NCBI GenBank assembly: GCA_038248985.1
Contig: JBBRWV010000001.1
Span: forward strand, 3,091 to 67,090
Direction of reading: 5' to 3'
Source of the DNA: Phycisphaerae bacterium
GTDB lineage: Bacteria > Planctomycetota > Phycisphaerae > WQYP01
DNA: 64,000 nucleotides
The notes under the pieces are model-generated. The model saw nothing but the letters and a program-made list of their open reading frames with translations. It ran no database searches and was not told where the DNA came from. Of the stretch, positions 36,179 through 45,869 are shown piece by piece; the first letter of the stretch is position 1, and the number at the start of each line of letters is the position of its first letter. Both the position numbers and the translations under genes were made by a program.

Positions 36179-39100
36179 ATGCCCGAAATCCAGCATTCTA
36201 AAATCCTCCCCGACGTCACCTTCACCAAGCCTCCCCCCGCCGCCGTGCCCTATGCCGAACTCCAGGTGACCACCAACTTCTCCTTTCTCCGCGGCGGCAG
36301 CCATGCCGAAGAAATCATCGCCCGCGCCGGAGAACTCGGTTGTCGTGCTGTCGCCATCACCGATATCAACACCCTCGCCGGCATCGTCCGCGGAAAATCC
36401 GCCGCCCGCAAAGCCGAAATTCAATACATCGTCGGCTGCCACCTTCAAGTCCAAGCCGTCCTCGGAACCCTCACCTCCGTCCCCGCTTCCTTGCCCTATA
36501 TCTCTTTGCTCGTATATCCCACCGATAGAGACTCCTATGGGCGCCTCTGCCGATTGCTCACCTTTGGCAAACGCCGCGCCGCCAAAGGCCAGTGCCATTT
36601 GAATCTTCAGGATGTCGTCGATCACCACCAGGGATTGCTCGCCGTCGTCCTGCCACCCCCGCTTATTTCTGACGCCTTTCACGAAATCCTTCAGACCCTC
36701 CAACACATCTTTGACGACGACCGCCTCTCCCTGGCCGCCTCCTGTTCCTATGACGGACACCACCATCACCGCCTGGCCCAACTCTCTGCCCTCTCTCAAT
36801 TACTTTCCATCCCCTTGGTCGCGACCAACGACGTTCACTATCACATCCCCCAGCGCAAACCCTTACAGGATGTCCTCACCTGTATCCGCCTCGGATGCAC
36901 CCTTGACGAGGCCGGTTTCGCTTTGTTTGCCAATGCCGAGCGCCACGTCAAAGGCCCCGACGAAATGGCCCGCCTCTTTGCTCAATACCCCCACGCCATT
37001 CAGCGCACCATCCACATCGCCCAACGCGCCGCGGGCTTCTCCCTCGACCAGCTCAAATATGAATACCCCGCCGAGATTTGTCCCCCCGGAAAAACCTTCA
37101 TGCAGCATCTCCGCAACCTCACCTGGGAAGGTGCCGCTAAACACTACCCGGCCGGCCTCCCCGAGATCGTCCGCCAACGCGTTGAACATGAATTTGAACT
37201 GATCGAATCCCTCAACTACCCCGCCTATTTCTTGACCGTCAATGACCTCGTCGCGTTCGCTCGCTCCCGCGGAATTCTCTGCCAGGGCCGCGGTGCCGCC
37301 GCCAATTCCGCCGTCTGCTATTGCTTGGGCATCACCGCCGTTGACCCCGCCCGCTTCGATATGCTCATCGAACGATTCATCAGCAAGGAACGCAATGAAC
37401 CGCCCGACATCGATATCGACTTCGAACACGAACGCCGCGAAGAAGTCATTCAATATCTCTACCAGAAATATGGACGCGATCGCGCCGCTCTCACCGCCGA
37501 AGTCGTCACCTATCGCCGCCGCAGCGCCATCCGCGAAGTCGGTAAAGCCCTCGGCCTCTCCCTCGATTGCGTCGATCGCCTCGCCAAATCCGGCGACTGG
37601 TGGCAAGACGGCATCCTCGACGATGCTCAACTACACGCCCTGGGCTTTGACACCCAGAACCCCACCCTCCGCCAAACCGTACAACTCGCCAGCGAACTCG
37701 TCGGCTTCCCTCGCCATCTCTCACAACATGTTGGCGGATTTGTCATTAGCCAAAAACCCCTCTGCGAAATCGTCCCCATTGAAAACGCCGCCATGCCCGA
37801 CCGCACCATCATTGAATGGGACAAAGACGATATCGATGAAATGGGCATGCTCAAAATCGACGTCCTCGGCCTTGGAATGCTCACCTGTATCCGCAAAGCC
37901 ATTGACTTGGTCAACCAATCCGATCGCCGCGCCGGTGGCCCCGGCATCCTGCAATATCACTCCATCCCTCCCGAAGACCCCCTCGTCTATGACATGCTCT
38001 GCCGGGCCGATTCCGTCGGCGTCTTCCAAGTCGAATCCCGCGCCCAGATGACCATGCTCCCACGCCTTAAACCCTGCTGCTTCTACGACCTCGTTATCGA
38101 AGTCGCCATCGTTCAACCCGGACCCATTCACGGCGGCATGGTCCACCCCTACCTGCGTCGCCGCACCGGTGAAGAACCCGTCGTCTATCCCGATGAACGC
38201 ATCAAAGCCGTCCTCGGCAGAACCCTCGGCGTGCCCCTCTTTCAAGAACAGGCAATGCAAATGTGCATCGTCGCCGCCGGCTTCACCCCCGGCGAAGCCG
38301 ACCTCCTCCGCCGCGCCATGGCCGCCTGGAAACGCCAAGGCGATCTCATCCACCGCTTCGGTAAAAAAATGATCGCCGGCATGACCCACCACGGATACTC
38401 CCTCGAATTCGCCCAACGCTGCTTTCAGCAAATCCAGGGATTCAGCGAATACGGCTTCCCCGAATCCCATGCCGCCAGCTTTGCCTTGCTCGTCTACGTC
38501 TCTGCATGGCTGAAATGCCGACACCACGCCGCCTTCGCCGCCGCCCTCCTCAACAGTCAGCCCATGGGCTTCTATCAACCCGCCCAAATCGTCCGCGATG
38601 CCCAGGAACACGGCGTCACCGTCCGGCCCATTGATGTCAACCACAGCACCTGGGATTCCACCCTCGAATATGATGCCGCGGGAAAAAACCCCATCCTCCG
38701 TCTGGGCATGCGCCTCGTTCACACCTTGCGCCAAACCGAAGCCCAGAAAATTACGGCGGCGGTAGCGCGGGCCGGACCTCTGAAAAACATGCTTGATTTA
38801 TGGCGTTTCAGTGGTGCCCGCGTAGCCACTCTGCGCGCCCTCGCCTCCGCCGACGCTTTTGTCTCCATGAACCTGAATCGCCAAACGGCTCTCTGGTCGG
38901 TGGGCCAACTCAAGGATGCCCCCTTGCCCATGTTCGATGAAATGGACCCCCACGAGGACGCCGCGGAACTCCCCTTTATCCCCCCTCTCACCCGCGTCAT
39001 TCAAGACTATGGAGCCACCGGCTTGTCGCTGAAAGCCCATCCCCTCTCCTTTGCTCGCCCGCAACTGGATCTCCGCCATGTCACCCCCAACGGCGATCTC

Positions 39101-39415
39101 GCCGATGCCGCGCACTGCCCCCACGGACGAAGGCTCGTCGTCGCCGGCCTCGTCCTCGTCCGCCAGCGCCCCGCCACCGCCAGCGGCATCCTCTTCATGA
39201 CCATCGAAGACGAGACCGGCATCGCCAACCTCGTCATTCGCCCCGCCATCTACGACCGTTGGCGCCAATCAATTCGTCACGGCATCACCATCGCCGCCTG
39301 GGGAAAAGTGGAGCGCCAAGGTCAGGTAGTTCACCTCCTCGTCGAACGCGTAAACAATCTCGCGACCCTCATCCAAACCGACCCCCCAAAAATCCACACC
39401 CGCAACTTTCACTAA
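36179..39415 (+). CDS. dnaE2: Error-prone DNA polymerase DnaE2 (ImuC), PolIIIalpha family
   Basis: PHP-domain N-terminus YAELQVTTNFSFLRGGSHAEEIIARAGELGCRAVAITDINTLAGIVRG. PolIII alpha core LKIDVLGLGMLTCI, VGVFQVESRAQM and PGPIHGGMVHPYLRRR, plus a C-terminal OB fold. Length 1078 aa. ATG 36179 follows the imuB stop directly. Confidence 0.9.
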   Translation: MPEIQHSKILPDVTFTKPPPAAVPYAELQVTTNFSFLRGGSHAEEIIARAGELGCRAVAITDINTLAGIVRGKSAARKAEIQYIVGCHLQVQAVLGTLTSVPASLPYISLLVYPTDRDSYGRLCRLLTFGKRRAAKGQCHLNLQDVVDHHQGLLAVVLPPPLISDAFHEILQTLQHIFDDDRLSLAASCSYDGHHHHRLAQLSALSQLLSIPLVATNDVHYHIPQRKPLQDVLTCIRLGCTLDEAGFALFANAERHVKGPDEMARLFAQYPHAIQRTIHIAQRAAGFSLDQLKYEYPAEICPPGKTFMQHLRNLTWEGAAKHYPAGLPEIVRQRVEHEFELIESLNYPAYFLTVNDLVAFARSRGILCQGRGAAANSAVCYCLGITAVDPARFDMLIERFISKERNEPPDIDIDFEHERREEVIQYLYQKYGRDRAALTAEVVTYRRRSAIREVGKALGLSLDCVDRLAKSGDWWQDGILDDAQLHALGFDTQNPTLRQTVQLASELVGFPRHLSQHVGGFVISQKPLCEIVPIENAAMPDRTIIEWDKDDIDEMGMLKIDVLGLGMLTCIRKAIDLVNQSDRRAGGPGILQYHSIPPEDPLVYDMLCRADSVGVFQVESRAQMTMLPRLKPCCFYDLVIEVAIVQPGPIHGGMVHPYLRRRTGEEPVVYPDERIKAVLGRTLGVPLFQEQAMQMCIVAAGFTPGEADLLRRAMAAWKRQGDLIHRFGKKMIAGMTHHGYSLEFAQRCFQQIQGFSEYGFPESHAASFALLVYVSAWLKCRHHAAFAAALLNSQPMGFYQPAQIVRDAQEHGVTVRPIDVNHSTWDSTLEYDAAGKNPILRLGMRLVHTLRQTEAQKITAAVARAGPLKNMLDLWRFSGARVATLRALASADAFVSMNLNRQTALWSVGQLKDAPLPMFDEMDPHEDAAELPFIPPLTRVIQDYGATGLSLKAHPLSFARPQLDLRHVTPNGDLADAAHCPHGRRLVVAGLVLVRQRPATASGILFMTIEDETGIANLVIRPAIYDRWRQSIRHGITIAAWGKVERQGQVVHLLVERVNNLATLIQTDPPKIHTRNFH

Positions 39416-39828
39416 AAAAAAATATCCTTCTCCCGCAGCGCCCGCCCATTCGTATCGACCACGCTTGCGGGGTACTCCGTCGTCGTCGCCCCCCCCCGTA
39501 GGCTCGCCAATCTCCCGATTGGCCGTCATCGTCTCGTCGTCGTCGTCAGGCGACGGCGGTGCTGATGTCGGTGCTACGGACGGCCCAGCAGCAGAGTCGT
39601 CCGTTGAGGGAGACGTTCAAGACCCTGCCCTGCTGACGGTGAGCTGGGCGCGGAAGAATCCGGGAGTGCTGACCGATACGCTGGACAATACTGTTTAAGA
39701 GGGAGGGGCGGTAAACAGTTACGAATGTGTCCTGGAAGGGGGTGGGATTTGGCTTTCGTTTTGGGCGATCACTGGCCGATAGCTAGGCGTAGGTGCCCAC
39801 CAGGTACCTCTGGCCGATGTCATAACTC

Positions 39829-40464
39829 GTGAGCAGGAAGTTTGTCATGTCGATTTTTCTGGATCAGTTGCCGCTCAAGTCGGAGAATGCTCCTGAAACG
39901 CTGGGGGATGCGTTGGAGCAGATACGGGGGCAGATTCCGGAGGGGCGGGTGATCGTGAAGGTGGAGCTGGACGGAAGCGCGGTGGAGGGGCCGGCGCTGA
40001 CGGGGTCGCGTGGCACGACGCTGGCGGGGCGAGCGCTGTCGGTGTCGACGGCGAATCAGCAGGAATTGTCCTGGCAGATGCTGGGGAAACTGCATGCGTT
40101 GATACAGTGGTTGACGCCGCAGCATGGGGAGATTGCCAAGCTGCTGGAGACGGGCAAGACGGCGGCGGCGCTTGGGAAGTTGAGCAATGTGTTGTCGGCA
40201 TGGATGCAGATACAGCAAGCGTATGGCAACCTGGCGGAGATGCAGGGGATTGAGTTGGGGAAATTGATGGTGCGAGAGATTACGGCGGAGGCGGTGATCC
40301 AGGAGTTTGCGGGGCAGTTGCGGGAGATCCACACGGCGCTGCAGGCGCAGGATTTTGTGCTGTTGGGGGATATTTTGCAGTACGAGATGGATGGGGTGGT
40401 GGCGAACTGGACGGCGATTTTGGAGTCGACGCTGGCGGTGGTGGGGGTGCCGGTGGAAAAATAG
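39829..40464 (+). CDS. Hypothetical protein (211 aa, predicted all-helical)
   Basis: Clean ORF with native codon usage. No recognisable family. Confidence 0.5.
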   Translation: MSRKFVMSIFLDQLPLKSENAPETLGDALEQIRGQIPEGRVIVKVELDGSAVEGPALTGSRGTTLAGRALSVSTANQQELSWQMLGKLHALIQWLTPQHGEIAKLLETGKTAAALGKLSNVLSAWMQIQQAYGNLAEMQGIELGKLMVREITAEAVIQEFAGQLREIHTALQAQDFVLLGDILQYEMDGVVANWTAILESTLAVVGVPVEK

Positions 40465-40559
40465 GGGCGTGGGGGTGCTTTAGGGGAAGCGTTTTGGCTA
40501 CAATAGACGGTGTGTTTGCGGACAATTTGATCCGTTAGTTCCGTTTTGGAGCGAATTTC

Positions 40560-40868
40560 ATGCTGAAGTATACGCTGTTGGGACTGGTTGCAATGATGCT
40601 GGGGACGGCTTCCTTCGTGGCGACGGCCGCGGATGACAAGGCGACGACGACGTCGGGGCCGGCGACTTCGCAGGCGGCGAAGGTGGATGTGGGGAACACG
40701 AAATGTATTGTGATGGCAGAGGATGAGGCCGGGGACGGCACGGTGGAGTATCAAGGCAAACTGTATCACATCTGCTGCAAGAGCTGCGTGAAGACGTTCA
40801 ACAAGAATCCGGAAAAATATGTGAAAGCGCTGGAAGCGGGCCCGGCCAAATACGGGGTGACCAAGTAA
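40560..40868 (+). CDS. Secreted YHS/TRASH-like metal-binding domain protein
   Basis: Signal peptide (MLKYTLLGLVAMMLGTASFVATAA). CIVMAEDEAGDG...YQGKLYHICCKSCVKTFNKNPEKY fits the YHS-domain pattern C.V.......Y.G..Y.FC...C...F...PE.Y. Confidence 0.55.
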   Translation: MLKYTLLGLVAMMLGTASFVATAADDKATTTSGPATSQAAKVDVGNTKCIVMAEDEAGDGTVEYQGKLYHICCKSCVKTFNKNPEKYVKALEAGPAKYGVTK

Positions 40869-40883
40869 AGGGAGTGAGGGGGC

Positions 40884-41657
40884 TCAGGGGCTGGGAAGCA
40901 GGGCATCGTCTTCTTCTTCGGAAAAGAAGCGGAGATGGGAGTCGATCGTGCTGGGGGAGACGCTGACGTCGTTGACGACTTCAGTGGCACCTTCGCCGTC
41001 GTATTCATTGTGGTGATAGAGGTTGGGGTCCTGCTGTTCGGGGAGGGATTTTGTTTTGATGAATTCGGCATGTTGATCGGTGTAGAGGACGCACATGCCA
41101 GCGCCGGCCCAGTTGGCGGAGAAGGAGCGGCCTTGTGCGTAGTCGGCGCGATCACCGAGGTAGACGCGCATCTGATCGATATTGCCGGTGCGTTTGCGTT
41201 CGTGATCGTAGCTGAAGGAGCAGTGCCATTTGACCGAGGCGATGTTGGAGGAGTCGATGGTGGCGGGTGTGGTGAGGGTAATTGGGACGCCGCCGATGTC
41301 GGCGAGGATGGGCCAGCCATCGGCGTTGAAGGCGGTGGCGGGCGTATCGGTGGTGTTGGTATTGATGAAGAGTTTGGGGGGGAGGCTGTGGAGCTTGGCG
41401 AGGAGGGCGAGACCGCTGAAGGCGCGGCCGTCTTCGTTGCCATCGGCGAGGTCGGTGGAATGGCGGTTGTCCCATTCAGAGGAATAGGTGGCCATGGCGA
41501 TGCCAATGGCGTGGAGGTGGCCGAGGGTGGCGGTGCGTCGGGATTGTTCGCGGGCGCGGGAGAGGTAAGGGAGGAGGATCGCGATGAGGAGGGCGATGAT
41601 GGCGACGACGACGAGGAGTTCGATGAGAGTGAAGGCGCGAGGGCGACGGTTACGCAT
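40884..41657 (-). CDS. DUF1559 domain protein with prepilin-type N-terminal cleavage/methylation signal (type II pseudopilin-like)
   Basis: N-terminus MRNRRPRAFTLIELLVVVAIIALLIAILLPYLSRAREQSRRTATLGHLHAIGIAMATY is the classic prepilin peptidase motif plus DUF1559 start, a hallmark of Planctomycetes/Verrucomicrobia. Confidence 0.85.
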   Translation of the reverse strand: MRNRRPRAFTLIELLVVVAIIALLIAILLPYLSRAREQSRRTATLGHLHAIGIAMATYSSEWDNRHSTDLADGNEDGRAFSGLALLAKLHSLPPKLFINTNTTDTPATAFNADGWPILADIGGVPITLTTPATIDSSNIASVKWHCSFSYDHERKRTGNIDQMRVYLGDRADYAQGRSFSANWAGAGMCVLYTDQHAEFIKTKSLPEQQDPNLYHHNEYDGEGATEVVNDVSVSPSTIDSHLRFFSEEEDDALLPSP

Positions 41658-41945
41658 GGGGGCCTCGAATAAGGCGAATGGATCAACGGAACAGCCGGGA
41701 GTTTATCGCCAGTGAATTGTTAATGAAATAGATTTGCATGTAAATGTTGGTTGCATTCCCGGGCGGGGTTGCAACCAACGGTCGAGAACGGCGCGGGGGG
41801 CGCGACACGTAAACGAATGTATGGTGTAGCAATGAAGCGGACGAGGAGTTGCAGGCGCTTTCACACGGCGGATGCTTTGGGTACGATGTATCGCTTCGCG
41901 GCGGCAGGTATGTCACCGCACAATGGTTTTCGCACAGAGGCATGT

Positions 41946-43310
41946 ATGACGTCTTTCGGCAACGAACAGGATAAGAATCCCACCACCGCATCTTCGACCA
42001 CGGAGCCGCCGTCGATTGATCAGGAAGTGCAGCAGGCGATGGGGGGGATGTCGATCGAAGATCTGATGGAGAAATCGCTTTCTAAAGCGTCGACGAGTGC
42101 GCCGAACCAGCCGCGGCTGGATCCTTCGCGGCCGGTGCGCGGGGGCCGTCCCGGGGCGCGGCGGCAGCGTGAAGAGCATGTGAATCCGGACAACATCAAG
42201 CATGGCAAAGTGATCGCGATTCGCGAGGGCAACGCGTTTATCGACATTGGCGGCAAGAGCCAGGGGCTGTGTCCGCTCGATCAGTTCGATGTGGTGGTCG
42301 ATGGGGAAGAGCAGCGGGCGGTGGAGATCGGACAGGAGTTTGAATTTATCTTCAAGGGTTTTGATGCCCGCGAAGGTTTGGTGCTGCTGGCGCGCAAGGG
42401 CGCGGTGCAGCATGGGGCGTGGGAGACGCTGAACGTCGGCGACACGGTTGAGGCGCTGGTGACGGGCGTCAACAAGGGCGGGTTGGAACTGCGGGTGGGG
42501 AATTCGACGCGGGCATTCATGCCGGCGGGCCAAGTGGACGTGAAGTTTCATGCGGATCTGTCGGTATTTTTGAATCAGCGGTTTCCGTGCGAAGTGGTGA
42601 AGGTGGATCGCGAGAGCCACAATATTATTTTGTCGCGGCGTGAGATCATGGAAGCCGAGCAGGCGAAGGCGGCGGAGCAGACGTGGGAAGAACTGGCCGT
42701 GGGGCAGGTGCGCGAGGGGACGGTTCGGAGCGTGCAGGCGTACGGGGCGTTTGTGGATGTGGGCGGCGTGGACGGGTTGCTGCATGTGTCGGCAATGAGC
42801 CACCAGCGGGTGCCTGATCCCAAAAAAATATTGAAGGAGGGGGACAAGATCCAGGTGATGATTGTCGTTGTGGACAAGGATAAGAAGCGGATTTCCCTGT
42901 CGCTGAAGAGTTTGCAGAAGGATCCGTTTGAAGAAGTGTCGGCGCAGTTTGCGGTGGGCACGACGGTCACGGGGACGGTCAAGCGGCTGGTGGATTTTGG
43001 TGCATTCATTGAGCTTGCACCGGGCTGCGAGGGGCTGGCGCATGTGAGCCAGATTTCCATGAAGCGGATCAACAAGCCGTCGGATGTGCTCAAGGAAGGG
43101 GACACGGTTCAGGCGAAGGTGCTCGGTATCGATCAGGAGAAGCGGCGGATCAGCCTGTCGGTCTCCGAAGTGGAACGCGATGCGAAGATTGCCAGCGGGG
43201 AATTGAAGGTCGAAGAACCGAAGCCCGCGGCGGCGGGGTTGAATGTCGGCGGAGCAGCGGGTGCTAAAACGGTGCTGAAACCGAAGAAGAACCTGAAGGG
43301 CGGCCTGTAA
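41946..43310 (+). CDS. rpsA: 30S ribosomal protein S1
   Basis: Multiple S1 (OB-fold) repeats, e.g. GQVREGTVRSVQAYGAFVDVGGVDGLLHVSAMS and GTTVTGTVKRLVDFGAFIELAPGCEGLAHVSQIS. The start is likely ATG 41946 (MTSFG); the ORF track extends to 41751. Confidence 0.85.
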   Translation: MTSFGNEQDKNPTTASSTTEPPSIDQEVQQAMGGMSIEDLMEKSLSKASTSAPNQPRLDPSRPVRGGRPGARRQREEHVNPDNIKHGKVIAIREGNAFIDIGGKSQGLCPLDQFDVVVDGEEQRAVEIGQEFEFIFKGFDAREGLVLLARKGAVQHGAWETLNVGDTVEALVTGVNKGGLELRVGNSTRAFMPAGQVDVKFHADLSVFLNQRFPCEVVKVDRESHNIILSRREIMEAEQAKAAEQTWEELAVGQVREGTVRSVQAYGAFVDVGGVDGLLHVSAMSHQRVPDPKKILKEGDKIQVMIVVVDKDKKRISLSLKSLQKDPFEEVSAQFAVGTTVTGTVKRLVDFGAFIELAPGCEGLAHVSQISMKRINKPSDVLKEGDTVQAKVLGIDQEKRRISLSVSEVERDAKIASGELKVEEPKPAAAGLNVGGAAGAKTVLKPKKNLKGGL

Positions 43311-43352
43311 GGCGGCCCTTTCCCTGCACAGAGAATTGAAAAGAAATGCGAG

Positions 43353-43382
43353 AACGCCGGCTTAATCGCTGGCGTTTTTTTA
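43353..43382. terminator. Rho-independent terminator between convergent rpsA and the PP2C gene
   Basis: Hairpin AACGCCGGC-ttaatc-GCTGGCGTT followed by T8. Confidence 0.5.
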
Positions 43383-43405
43383 TTGGAGTGAGTGGCGTGG
43401 GGTGC

Positions 43406-44710
43406 TCAGCGACCGTCGCCGACGGTCCAAATGAGGGCGGTGTGGTCGTCGCGTTGGTGGAGGGAGCCTTCCTGCTTGTCGAGCTGCTCCACCATGGATT
43501 GGAAGCGGGACTTTGGCTTGGGGCCGGCGATCTTGGAAAACTCGGCGAGATAGCGTTCGTTGAAGAATCCGGCGGGGTCGGTGAAGGCGGACTCAAAGCC
43601 ATCGGAATACATCAGAACGCTGTCACCGGGCTGCAACTGATGTTTGGCGAGGGGGAATTTTTCATCGGGAAATACACCGAGGAGGGCGCCATCGACATCG
43701 AGTTCGGACGAGGTTCCGTTGGTGTTCAGCAGCATGGGGAGGGGATGGCCGGCGCGCGACCATTGGAGTTCGAGGGTGCGGATGTTGAGGATTCCATAGA
43801 CCATGGTGACGAATTGGCAGAAGGAAAGCTGCTGCGAGCAGAGTTCGTTGTTGAGGTGTTCGAGGGCTTCGTCGGGTAGGATGAGGCGGTAGCCGTGGGG
43901 GGTGATTTCCTTGGTTTGAAGGGTGCGTTTGATGAAGATGGTGAGGAGCGCGGCGGGCATGCCGTGACCGACGGCGTCGGCGATGAAGAAGCCGACGTGG
44001 TCTTCGTCGAGACGTGTGGCATCGTAGATGTCTCCGGAGACGTAGCTGGCGGGGCGGAAGAGAACGGAGAAGGAAGCGTTTTTGACATCAGGAAGTTTGC
44101 GGGGGAGGAAATCGACTTGCAGCCGCGCGGCGAGGCGCATTTCCTCATCCATCTGGGTCATTTGGGAATTGAGGCCATTGTCGAAGCGGCGGAGCAAAGT
44201 GTTTTCATGTTGGAGTTGATCAATGATGGGCCGGGCGGCGGCGAGGCCGGCGAGTCGGCCGAAGAGTTCATCGGAATGGCAGTTGAAGGGGACTGCCATG
44301 AGTCCGTCGGCGGAAGCCATGCGTCCGGCGATTTCCTGGTCGTGTTCGGAATAGGTCAAAACGATGGCGCCGATTTGGCGTTGGACGAGTTCGTCGAGGA
44401 CGTGGATGAGATCTTTCTGATGGCCGTTGAAGTAGGCCGGAGGGGCGAGAACAATGGCGGCGGCCAGGCTGTGACGGCCGATTGTTTCGATAGCTGAGGC
44501 CATGGGGGAGATGACGAATTTCCAGTCGGAGCGGGCCAACAGGGTAGCGAGACCGTGCGAATCGCCGGGCATTTGGTCTGCGACCAATAATATATGCTGT
44601 GGACCGTTAGCAACCATAGGCCTCTCGTGCGCGACGGGTAACAAAGCGCGCCACGTAATGTATTCGTCGCGTATCGTGAGATGCTTTAGGTGGAAGTGGG
44701 GTGCGGGCAC
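43406..44710 (-). CDS. PP2C-family (SpoIIE/RsbU-type) serine phosphatase with an N-terminal degenerate receiver-like domain
   Basis: The C-terminal PPM fold has ASYVSGDIYD, FFIADAVGHGMPAALL and MYSDGFESAF. The N-terminal REC-like domain (HILLVADQ...AAIVLAPP) lacks the canonical DD pair and the phospho-acceptor Asp. Confidence 0.8.
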   Translation of the reverse strand: MPAPHFHLKHLTIRDEYITWRALLPVAHERPMVANGPQHILLVADQMPGDSHGLATLLARSDWKFVISPMASAIETIGRHSLAAAIVLAPPAYFNGHQKDLIHVLDELVQRQIGAIVLTYSEHDQEIAGRMASADGLMAVPFNCHSDELFGRLAGLAAARPIIDQLQHENTLLRRFDNGLNSQMTQMDEEMRLAARLQVDFLPRKLPDVKNASFSVLFRPASYVSGDIYDATRLDEDHVGFFIADAVGHGMPAALLTIFIKRTLQTKEITPHGYRLILPDEALEHLNNELCSQQLSFCQFVTMVYGILNIRTLELQWSRAGHPLPMLLNTNGTSSELDVDGALLGVFPDEKFPLAKHQLQPGDSVLMYSDGFESAFTDPAGFFNERYLAEFSKIAGPKPKSRFQSMVEQLDKQEGSLHQRDDHTALIWTVGDGR

Positions 44711-44728
44711 ACTTAATCGGGGCTCGCG

Positions 44729-45217
44729 CTACTTTTTGGGCACCCATTTTTCGGGAAGGGTAATTGTGTCGCCACGGGTCAGGCCGAGGGTTTTGGCGGT
44801 TCCAGCGTTGAGTTCAATGGCGAATTTGACGGGTTGGGTAGGGGAGACGGAGGTCTCGTCGTTGGGCTTGAGGGGAAAAATATCGACGACTTTTCCGGCG
44901 GCATCGAGGTAGACAAGATCGAGTGGAATCTTGGTGTTTTTCATCCAGAAGGAGTAATAGCCGGCTGCATCGAAGATGAAAATCATGCCGTGATCGACGG
45001 CGAGTTTATCGCGATTCATGAGGCCTTGTTGACGCTTGTCGTCGGTGTCGGCGACTTCGATGATGAAGGCTTTTTCTTTGATGGTGAGGGTGATGGTGTC
45101 GAAGGTGGTGGCGGGTTGAGTGGTGTTGGCCGGGCAGGCGGTGAAGGCCGCGGTGATTATGAGGAGCGAGAGTGCGATAATCGCAAGATTTTTGGGGGCG
45201 GGTTTCATAGAGTGCAT
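44729..45217 (-). CDS. DUF192 (COG1430) domain lipoprotein
   Basis: RDKLAVDHGMIFIFD...SFWMKNTKIPLDLVYLDAAGKVV matches the DUF192 core. Lipobox-like AAFTAC after the signal peptide. The start is probably ATG 45217 or 45208. Confidence 0.75.
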   Translation of the reverse strand: MHSMKPAPKNLAIIALSLLIITAAFTACPANTTQPATTFDTITLTIKEKAFIIEVADTDDKRQQGLMNRDKLAVDHGMIFIFDAAGYYSFWMKNTKIPLDLVYLDAAGKVVDIFPLKPNDETSVSPTQPVKFAIELNAGTAKTLGLTRGDTITLPEKWVPKK

Positions 45218-45218
45218 C

Positions 45219-45869
45219 TTAACGCAGAAAGGTTTGAAGTTCATGCTCAAGGAGACTCATGGGAAGGCCCATGACGTTGGTAAATTCTCCGGCCAGAAGC
45301 GTGATGAACGGATCCGAGGAATGGGCGTCGTCCTGGATGCCGTAGGCACCGGCCTTGCCGCGCCAGAGATGGGAATCGAGATAGTTTTCCAGCCAGGCGG
45401 CGGTGGGGGGGGTGGCATAGCAGACCGAGGTGGCGGTCGCGAGACGTATGTGGTCTCCGCAAAGAAGCGCGATGCCGGTGATGACTTGGTGGGTTTGATC
45501 GAAGAGGCGGATGAGCATGTGGCGGGCGTGGGCGCGATTGCGCGGCTTGTTGAGCACGCGATTGTGGAGAGTCACGATGGTGTCGGCGCCGAGGATGATC
45601 GGCGCCAATTTATTTGAGGAATTTCGTGGAGCGGGAAGCGATTGAAGGTGTCGCTGAACGGCGGCGGCTTTGATGTACGCGAGCGTGGCGGGCCAGATGG
45701 CGATGGGCACATCACGGGGTCGCAGTGCGGGTTCCTTCGCGGGGCTGACTTGCACGGTGAAGGTGTAGCCGGCTTCACGCAGAAGTTGAGCGCGGCGGGG
45801 AGAGGCGGAGGCCAGAATCAGCGGGTGCGGCAGTTTCGCAGCGATCGCGGTTTTTCCGTGCATGCTCAT
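45219..45869 (-). CDS. maf: Maf-like nucleoside triphosphate pyrophosphatase (septum formation protein Maf)
   Basis: N-terminus PLILASASPRRAQLL and later ILGADTIV, GKAGAYGIQD are the Maf signature. The start at 45869 overlaps the upstream GT9 stop by 4 bp. Confidence 0.85.
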   Translation of the reverse strand: MSMHGKTAIAAKLPHPLILASASPRRAQLLREAGYTFTVQVSPAKEPALRPRDVPIAIWPATLAYIKAAAVQRHLQSLPAPRNSSNKLAPIILGADTIVTLHNRVLNKPRNRAHARHMLIRLFDQTHQVITGIALLCGDHIRLATATSVCYATPPTAAWLENYLDSHLWRGKAGAYGIQDDAHSSDPFITLLAGEFTNVMGLPMSLLEHELQTFLR

